Source: Candidatus Krumholzibacteriota bacterium (GTDB lineage Bacteria > Krumholzibacteriota > Krumholzibacteriia > LZORAL124-64-63). From it: a stretch of DNA of 12,789 nucleotides. The stretch is from the NCBI GenBank assembly GCA_039714075.1, contig JBDLKA010000094.1, positions 1 to 12,789 on the forward strand. Direction: 5' to 3'. The notes below the pieces were generated by a model. It did not search any database, was not told the origin of the DNA, and worked only from the letters and a program-made list of their open reading frames with translations. Shown here in pieces: positions 7,435 to 12,789 of this stretch. The first letter of the stretch is position 1; each line of letters opens with the position of its first letter. Both the position numbers and the translations under genes were made by a program.

Positions 7435-7916
7435 CAGGAGCCGTCCGCCTCCGGGCCGTAACCGTCCTTGTAACGCAGGATCTTGGCCGGGCAGCCCGCG
7501 ACGATGGCGCCGTCGGGCACGTCCTTGGTCACCACGGCGCCCGCGCCCACCACGGCATTTTTGCCGACGGTGACGGGCATGATGGTGGCATTCGAACCCA
7601 GGCTGGCGCCGTCCTCGATGGTCGTCGGCAGCCACTTGTCCTTCTCGACCTGCGGCGGCATGGTGTCGTTGATGAACATCACACCGTGGCCCACGAACAC
7701 GTCGCTGCCGATGGTGACCATGTCGCAGATGAAGGTGTGGCTCTGCACGCGCGTGCGGTCGCCGATGGTCACGCCTTCCTGGATCTCGACGAAGCCGCCG
7801 ACCATCGCATCGCGGCCGATCTTGCAGCAGTACATGTTGACGAAGTTCCAGATCTTCGTGCCTTCACCGATCTCGCAGTCGCGAATCAGTTGCGTGTCGT
7901 TGACGGGATACTCCAT
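7434..7916 (-). CDS. Hexapeptide-repeat (left-handed beta-helix) acetyltransferase, WbpD/WxcM/FdtC-like (160 aa)
   Basis: True start ATG 7916 (MEYPVNDTQL) with SD AAGGAG at 7927-7922. Repeats IGEGTKIW, IGDRTRVQSH.FI, IGSDVFVGHGVMFIND, VVGAGAVVTKDVP...VAGCPAK. Its TGA overlaps the receptor ATG by 1 nt. Confidence 0.9.
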   Translation of the reverse strand: MEYPVNDTQLIRDCEIGEGTKIWNFVNMYCCKIGRDAMVGGFVEIQEGVTIGDRTRVQSHTFICDMVTIGSDVFVGHGVMFINDTMPPQVEKDKWLPTTIEDGASLGSNATIMPVTVGKNAVVGAGAVVTKDVPDGAIVAGCPAKILRYKDGYGPEADGS

Positions 7917-7989
7917 AATGGCTCCTTGAGGGCTGACCCTGTGGCGAAATTTATTCCGCTGCAAAATAGTACAATCGAGAGGTTTCGTC

Positions 7990-8571
7990 TTGAAAAATGA
8001 TGATTTCGCCGCTTTGAAGCTGGGTTGGAGCGATTTCGCGAGCGGACGCCATGTGCCCGGCGGCAAACATACCTGGTACGAAGGCACGGCCGAAGAGTTG
8101 CTCGAATTGGTCCGCGCGGGCTGGGCGTCACGAAGGCCGGGGGCGGGGCGTTCCGGTTTGGACAAGGTTGTCATCGTGCCGGTTGATTCCGCGGGATTCG
8201 TCTCGAGCACCGTCCAGGTGGACGATTCTACGGTCCTGCACGCGGTGTTCGACCGCCGCCAGACCCACGAGGAAGGGTTCGTGCGCGTCACGGCCGAGGG
8301 CCCGCGCGAGGAAGCCCGCTTTGCTTCGGTGGTCATGTATTCCGCCGACACCCTGCTGGAAAACGACGGCACGCGCAGCGGCGATTTCGACTGGGAGGTG
8401 GTCTGCCTGATCGCTGGTCCGACCGAAACCGAACCCATGGACCCGCTGACCATGGCCCGCAACATGCTCGAAAAACCCGGCGGCACTTTTTGTGAATATT
8501 CGGCGGCCGAGTTCGCCGAATCGATCTGGTACTGGGCCGCCCGCGCGGGCGCCCACGTGAAGGAAGACTGA
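7990..8571 (+). CDS. DUF3228-like protein (193 aa)
   Basis: Motifs RR..EE, VVMYS...L.E, DWEVVCL.A....EPMDPLTMARN.L..PGG, F.ESIWYW resemble DUF3228 as recalled. TTG start with SD GAGAGG at 7977-7982. Confidence 0.78.
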   Translation: MKNDDFAALKLGWSDFASGRHVPGGKHTWYEGTAEELLELVRAGWASRRPGAGRSGLDKVVIVPVDSAGFVSSTVQVDDSTVLHAVFDRRQTHEEGFVRVTAEGPREEARFASVVMYSADTLLENDGTRSGDFDWEVVCLIAGPTETEPMDPLTMARNMLEKPGGTFCEYSAAEFAESIWYWAARAGAHVKED

Positions 8572-8786
8572 TGTTTTTTATTTTCGGTTGGGGTCCCCGC
8601 GTCAAGGACCTGGGTATCGACCAGCATCGCACCTGCGAACACTGCAACAACCACACCCAGTGGCGCCGCACCGAGGTGGCCAACTGGATCACCCTGTTTT
8701 TCATTCCCGTCATACCCCTGAGCCGGAAACGGGTGGTGCAGTGTCCCATCTGTTCGTACGGCTGGGAGGAGAAAAGCCATGGTTAG
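8571..8786 (+). CDS. Small zinc-ribbon protein (zinc_ribbon_15-like, 71 aa)
   Basis: MFFIFGWG start, CEHC and CPIC pairs flanking WITLFFIPVIP. TGATG overlap with the upstream gene. Confidence 0.85.
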   Translation: MFFIFGWGPRVKDLGIDQHRTCEHCNNHTQWRRTEVANWITLFFIPVIPLSRKRVVQCPICSYGWEEKSHG

Positions 8787-9168
8787 GGAACCCAGGGGCG
8801 GCGACCTGGACCCCCGCATGGAAGTGCTGCGCGACTACATGCTGAGCAAACCCGCCACCACGGACGACTTTCCTTTCGGCCCCGAGGCGATGGTCTTTCG
8901 CGTGGCCGGCATGATTTTCGGGATCATGCCCTGGGAAGAAAATCCGATCAGCATCTCGCTGAAATGCGATCCCGAGCGCGCGGTTCTGTTGCGGGAGCAG
9001 CATTCGGGGATCACTGGGGCGTATCATCTGAACAAGACCCACTGGAACGGGGTGAGGATGGATGATTCGGTGAGCATGGAACTGGTGGAGGAGTTGATGG
9101 ACCACAGTTATGAGCTGATCGTGGCTTCGCTGCCGAAGAAGGTCAGGGAGGAGTGGGATCTGGGTTGA
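8779..9168 (+). CDS. MmcQ/YjbR family DNA-binding protein (129 aa)
   Basis: Motifs PFGPE..VFRVAG.IF, ISLKCDPE.A..LRE, AYHLNKTHWN.V, L.DHSYELIV.SLPKK. SD GGAGGAG; 8-nt overlap with the zinc-ribbon gene. Confidence 0.92.
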   Translation: MVREPRGGDLDPRMEVLRDYMLSKPATTDDFPFGPEAMVFRVAGMIFGIMPWEENPISISLKCDPERAVLLREQHSGITGAYHLNKTHWNGVRMDDSVSMELVEELMDHSYELIVASLPKKVREEWDLG

Positions 9169-9171
9169 TGA

Positions 9172-10449
9172 TCACTCCACTTTTTTGCGGGTGAGAAGCA
9201 ATAGGACAGGGCGATACTCAGGGTCCGCACTCGGTCCGAAAATGGTGGACTGGGCAAAATAGATGCTGGATTTGAATCTATCGACGGACTCGTAACCAAA
9301 CATCAGGTGCATGGAATCCGGGAGCGGATAGAAGTACCTGATGAAAGTGCTCGAAGTGAAATACACGGGATCCCCAGGGTCGGACCAGTCATAACGCAAA
9401 CTGTTCAACTGCCGTGACGCGCCCTGCAGGTCCTCCTCCCCTATCAGGCCGGATGACGACCAACTGGAATCCGGATAAACCTGGAGTAGGCTCATGTGGT
9501 GGAACTCGTGCAGTGCGCCCAGTTCACTGGCCGCAAGGCGAAACGTCATATCCAGTACGCAGGTGTCGTTCGAAAGCTCCGAAAGGTCATAGGTCAAGAC
9601 GGGATAGGATCGCAGCCCGGTTTGAGCGTGGGCCAATTCCGGCGGCAGTGAGGCAATCGAGTGGAAAGTGGAGGAATCGTGCACGGGCGGAATAATCATG
9701 ATCCGGTTGAAGTCGGTGTAGTCATTAAACTCCACCACGAGGGAAGGCGCCAGGATCGTTCCAACAGCCAAAGCGGGGACTTCGGAAAAGTGGGTCAGTT
9801 CTCGGGATGCGAATCCCACCAATCCGCCATCGGACCCATCAGCGGCATGGATCACCATTCCCACCGTATCCCGGTTCTGAACCCAATCGACCAGGTCTTC
9901 GGGATAAAGCCTCAAAAGGGGCTCGTCACTGTTGTTTGATTCCGAAAAATCGGAATTAATGACCGGACCTTCCAATGAAGCCGCGTTTCCGGGCCACATC
10001 CGGTAGGACGAGGCGTCGAACGGTTGGTCGAGGGTCTTGACGAGGTAAAATATGTCCCCGGGTATGGAGGACGATTCGAACCTTGCGAGATAGGGATTGA
10101 GCCGGTGGAGTGACAGTTTGACGGATCTGATATTGTCGACGGTAAACTGGGTCTCGGGGAAATCTTCACTGAAGATATCGCTGAAATCGAAGTTGACCAG
10201 GATGTCGGAACCGGTTCCTCCGTCGGAACCGAGATACAGGGATTCCATGCCCGCCATCCCGGGGTCATGATCCGAAGTGGCCGTGGTGTCGCCGACCACC
10301 GCGATCTGCTGGAATTCCATCCTGGGGTAAATGGCCAGGGTGTCGATGGGGCCGGAGCAGTCCAAGATGCCGTAGCGTTCTTCGGAGCAGCCGCCGACCG
10401 ACAGGGCCAGCAATAAAACCAACGGGAAAGCCAGCGGTCGGTTATTCAT
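9172..10449 (-). CDS. Hypothetical lipoprotein (425 aa), probably two beta-sandwich domains
   Basis: Signal peptide II MNNRPLAFPLVLLLALSVGG-C; SD GGAGGGGG; start overlaps the upstream stop (ATGAATAA). Acidic, Ser/Asp-rich mature protein. Confidence 0.75.
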   Translation of the reverse strand: MNNRPLAFPLVLLLALSVGGCSEERYGILDCSGPIDTLAIYPRMEFQQIAVVGDTTATSDHDPGMAGMESLYLGSDGGTGSDILVNFDFSDIFSEDFPETQFTVDNIRSVKLSLHRLNPYLARFESSSIPGDIFYLVKTLDQPFDASSYRMWPGNAASLEGPVINSDFSESNNSDEPLLRLYPEDLVDWVQNRDTVGMVIHAADGSDGGLVGFASRELTHFSEVPALAVGTILAPSLVVEFNDYTDFNRIMIIPPVHDSSTFHSIASLPPELAHAQTGLRSYPVLTYDLSELSNDTCVLDMTFRLAASELGALHEFHHMSLLQVYPDSSWSSSGLIGEEDLQGASRQLNSLRYDWSDPGDPVYFTSSTFIRYFYPLPDSMHLMFGYESVDRFKSSIYFAQSTIFGPSADPEYRPVLLLLTRKKVE

Positions 10450-11152
10450 TATGGCCCCCTCCCTGTTCGGCGCTTCTGCCGATCAATACCCCGAGGCTTA
10501 TATAACCACCGGCGCTCCAGTCGTCGCCCAAGTTGTCCTGTTCATAGTCCAGGCCGAGGGAGGCGTGAACAATTCGGTAGACCAGGAAATGGAAGTCGCA
10601 GCCAAACCCGTATTTGCCGTAGTCGTGGCCAAAGGTGATTTCATCGTTCATGTCCAGAATCCTATGCCGGTTGAAGCGATGAATGAAGCCAATCCCGATG
10701 ATCATCTCGAATTTGGGGCCGAATGGCTGATTGAAGAACCCCCTGAGGCCTGTCTCGAAAGTGCGGTCGTCATATTCCACAAACCGGGGGTCGCGGAAGG
10801 ATAGTTTGGTCGATTCCGTGGAATATTGCCCTTTGACCTCCAGCCCGATGTCTGCCCCCTCCTTCGCCCGCAAGAGAACGACCTTGCCGTACATGCCCTT
10901 GATGGCTTCCCCGAATCCATCGTCGTATGGGCTCATGGCAAAGCCGATCCCGACATCGAACCATCCCTTGTACGTGTAGGCGACCCTGTAACCCGTGTCG
11001 CGATAACCGAGGGAGTTGTTCTCGGAGAAGGTGCCCCAGGAACCCGTGAAACCCGAGTCCCCCCGCTGAAAAAAACGGGTCTGGGCTTGGGATGTTTCCG
11101 GGAGGATGATCGGCAGGATGAGCAGGAACCAAACAGGTATGAAACGCCGCAA
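10442..11152 (-). CDS. Exported hypothetical protein, probable outer-membrane beta-barrel (236 aa)
   Basis: TTG start with SD AAGGGG; signal peptide ending SQA-QT; alternating aromatic/Gly strands GYRVAYTY, FDVGIGF, IGLEVKGQY, YGFGCDFHF, ASLGLDY, GYISLGVLI. Confidence 0.68.
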   Translation of the reverse strand: MRRFIPVWFLLILPIILPETSQAQTRFFQRGDSGFTGSWGTFSENNSLGYRDTGYRVAYTYKGWFDVGIGFAMSPYDDGFGEAIKGMYGKVVLLRAKEGADIGLEVKGQYSTESTKLSFRDPRFVEYDDRTFETGLRGFFNQPFGPKFEMIIGIGFIHRFNRHRILDMNDEITFGHDYGKYGFGCDFHFLVYRIVHASLGLDYEQDNLGDDWSAGGYISLGVLIGRSAEQGGGHNE

Positions 11153-11225
11153 TTAATTCCCCTTGAAAATGTATATCACCACGAAATCCGGATTAAGCAT
11201 ACCATGCAAAGGAATCAAACCACAC

Positions 11226-11255
11226 ATAAAACCGCCCCGTTCAACCGGGGCGGTT
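11226..11255 (-). terminator. Rho-independent terminator
   Basis: Perfect 10-bp stem AACCGCCCCG (11230-11239) / CGGGGCGGTT (11246-11255), 6-nt loop, running into TTTTAT on the minus strand, 43 nt after the stop at 11299. Confidence 0.8.
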
Positions 11256-11298
11256 CCCTCAGGCCATTGGCATGAGCCTTTGGACAAATCTTCGCGGA

Positions 11299-11979
11299 CT
11301 ATTTCTTCCCCTTGCCCTTCCCCTTGCCCTTCCCCTTGCTGTTGCCTTTCGAGGAGTTCTGGGCGACCTTCTTATCCTTCTTGTGATTCTTGCCGTGCTT
11401 GTTGCGGTATTCCTGGGCGGTCAGTTTTTTGAGATTCTTGCCCGAAGCGCGCATCTCCATGGCCCGGTCGACGGAGACCCCGTAGCATTCATGCAGCATC
11501 CGGGCCGCCACCAGATTGCGGCAGTCGGTATCGTTCAGGACAAAGCGCTGTTTGGATTTCTTGGATTTTTTCCAGTGGCCGTATGCCTTGCCGTAGGGAG
11601 GGCCGGGTTCGATCCTGACCGGAAGGAACCACACGTCGGGTTCCACTCCCAGACCCACGCTGATTTCCCACCACGACACACCCTCTTTGCGAAGTGTCAG
11701 CAGGTAGGCCGGCGATTTCCCGGAGTGCCGGGCCAGGAACATGGTCACGGCCAGGTCGTCCGGGTTTTTGCACTGCCGGTGCCAGCCGCGAACGTGGTCG
11801 GGGTCCCGGTCGTAGTAGCGCGAGGATACGCCGATGAAAACCTCGGTATCGTCATCGATCTGGATTTCGGCGCCCAGGTTGACATCCACCGCACCTTTAG
11901 CCTCGGCAACGGAAAGGATGCCGATCAGGAGCCCCAGGATGGGCAAAACGTAATATTTCTTCCCTAAACGGGTATTCAT
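11299..11979 (-). CDS. Exported basic hypothetical protein with GPPYGKAYGHW motif and Lys/Gly tail (226 aa)
   Basis: Start moved to ATG 11979 (SD GGAGG at 11992-11988). Signal peptide MNTRLGKKYYVLPILGLLIGILSVAEA; tail KGNSKGKGKGKGKGKK. Confidence 0.8.
   Translation of the reverse strand: MNTRLGKKYYVLPILGLLIGILSVAEAKGAVDVNLGAEIQIDDDTEVFIGVSSRYYDRDPDHVRGWHRQCKNPDDLAVTMFLARHSGKSPAYLLTLRKEGVSWWEISVGLGVEPDVWFLPVRIEPGPPYGKAYGHWKKSKKSKQRFVLNDTDCRNLVAARMLHECYGVSVDRAMEMRASGKNLKKLTAQEYRNKHGKNHKKDKKVAQNSSKGNSKGKGKGKGKGKK
11305..11340. repeat. Tandem 12-mer repeat, three copies, encoding the GK tail
   Basis: CTTCCCCTTGCC at 11305 and 11317, CTTCCCCTTGCT at 11329. Confidence 0.9.
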
Positions 11980-12028
11980 GGCGAAAACCTCCGAAAATGC
12001 AATGCGAAACGGCATTCTAGAGGGATGA

Positions 12029-12044
12029 CGCAAATGGTGTGCCG
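12029..12044 (-). promoter_or_regulatory. Sigma-54 -24/-12 promoter
   Basis: Minus strand CGGCAC-ACCAT-TTGCG fits YGGCAC-N5-TTGC with exact GG-N10-GC spacing, in the 75-nt intergenic gap. Predicted start ~12018, 39 nt before the ATG. Confidence 0.8.
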
Positions 12045-12054
12045 GGAGGGGAAT

Positions 12055-12789
12055 CTACAGTAGGACGATTTCGCCCTGGTGAAGATTGATCATCAGGCAC
12101 GAATGCACCGGCCAGACCACAACCAGGTCGCCGATCGCGAGTTCTCGGCAAATGGAACCGGGCGCCTCGATAATGCCGTGCTCCTGGGAGAGCGAGACAA
12201 CGGGGGCGGCTGCAAAAACCTCGCCCAGCCCTGCGGAATGCCCCCCGGGGGGCAAATCGAGGGTGCCCAAACGTCCGTAGATCCGCCGGCCGTCGATTTC
12301 CAGACTTTCCTTTGATAGATGCACCACGCCCCCGTGCACCACGACCTGATTCCGCTCGGGATAGATGCCCACCACGGGGCAGACTGCAGCGGCGGCAATT
12401 TGGTTCTCGGAGCACGAGCCGATCTGCAACTGCATGAGGTCGTAGAAGACGAAATTTCCGGGGCGGATCTCGTCGACGCCGGTGAAGTCGGCGACCGCGC
12501 TGCAGCAGGGGGTGTCGCCCAGGGACAGTTTCAGTTCGGGGCGGTCGGCGGCGTCGCGGGCGGAGGTCAATCTTTGTGCAGTTTCAGTGAACAGTTCAGG
12601 CAACCCGTCTCCATCGCGTACCGCGTAACTGTGCCCGGCGTGGGTGAGCAGGCCCACGGGGTTATCCACCGTGACCAGGATTTCCAGCAAGCGGTCCGAT
12701 TCGTCCCACCGAACCCCGGTCCGGCCGTACCCGGTATCCACCTTGATCCAAACATCAACGTCCAGGCCGGCTATCGCTCGCGCCGCCGC
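12055..12789 (-). CDS. Fold-type III PLP enzyme, DSD1 / D-threonine aldolase-like (3' part; starts beyond the window)
   Basis: Frame open to the window edge (AAARAIAGLDVDVWIKVDTGYGRTGV). Motifs HAGHSY, SLGDTP, EIRPGNFVFYDLMQ, SLSQEHG and PVHSC (His/Cys metal site). Confidence 0.88.
   Translation of the reverse strand, partial: AAARAIAGLDVDVWIKVDTGYGRTGVRWDESDRLLEILVTVDNPVGLLTHAGHSYAVRDGDGLPELFTETAQRLTSARDAADRPELKLSLGDTPCCSAVADFTGVDEIRPGNFVFYDLMQLQIGSCSENQIAAAAVCPVVGIYPERNQVVVHGGVVHLSKESLEIDGRRIYGRLGTLDLPPGGHSAGLGEVFAAAPVVSLSQEHGIIEAPGSICRELAIGDLVVVWPVHSCLMINLHQGEIVLL

Noticed and set aside
5551..7461. 636-aa ORF antisense to the TonB receptor
   Set aside because: Antisense shadow with no recognisable domain.
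7435..7635. 67-aa N-terminal extension of the TonB receptor in the ORF track
   Set aside because: Overlaps the acetyltransferase in another frame; the signal peptide begins at ATG 7434.
7917..7989. Divergent promoters between the acetyltransferase and DUF3228 genes
   Set aside because: TACAAT (7970-7975, +) and TACTAT (-) are present, but no convincing -35 at correct spacing, so no specific promoter is called.
7917..8819. Apparent 300-aa N-terminal extension making a 461-aa acetyltransferase fusion
   Set aside because: The extension is antisense to the DUF3228 and zinc-ribbon genes; a good SD and ATG at 7916 define the real start.
11272..11967. 231-aa plus-strand ORF with hydrophobic LPLALPLALPL start
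   Set aside because: The hydrophobic stretch is the antisense of the Lys/Gly tail; SD, promoter and terminator all support the minus strand.
1..12789. CRISPR array, tRNA/rRNA, IS, integrase or known anti-phage genes
   Set aside because: No spaced direct repeats, RNA-gene signatures, or transposase, recombinase or nuclease motifs seen; nearly all sequence is explained by the listed CDSs.

Overview
GC-rich bacterial window with no RNA genes, CRISPR array or mobile element visible. In order: (1) the 5' end of an oxyR-like LysR gene divergent from dps, with an OxyR box (ATAG-N7-CTAT) between them; (2) a hairpin-rich leader, then a multi-TM GAF histidine kinase coupled to a sigma-54 (NtrC-family) response regulator; (3) a candidate enhancer/IHF/-24/-12 region in front of an exported, probably beta-barrel protein; (4) a minus-strand hexapeptide acetyltransferase coupled to a TonB-dependent receptor; (5) a plus-strand DUF3228 / zinc-ribbon / MmcQ-YjbR operon; (6) a lower-GC minus-strand pair of beta-barrel protein and lipoprotein; (7) a monocistronic exported Lys/Gly-tailed protein with a near-consensus sigma-54 promoter and a terminator; (8) the 3' part of a DSD1/D-threonine-aldolase-like PLP enzyme. 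The best candidate for an undescribed system is a small sigma-54 envelope regulon: the kinase/regulator plus two uncharacterised exported proteins, each behind a -24/-12 element. All family calls come from motif recognition by eye, not database searches.
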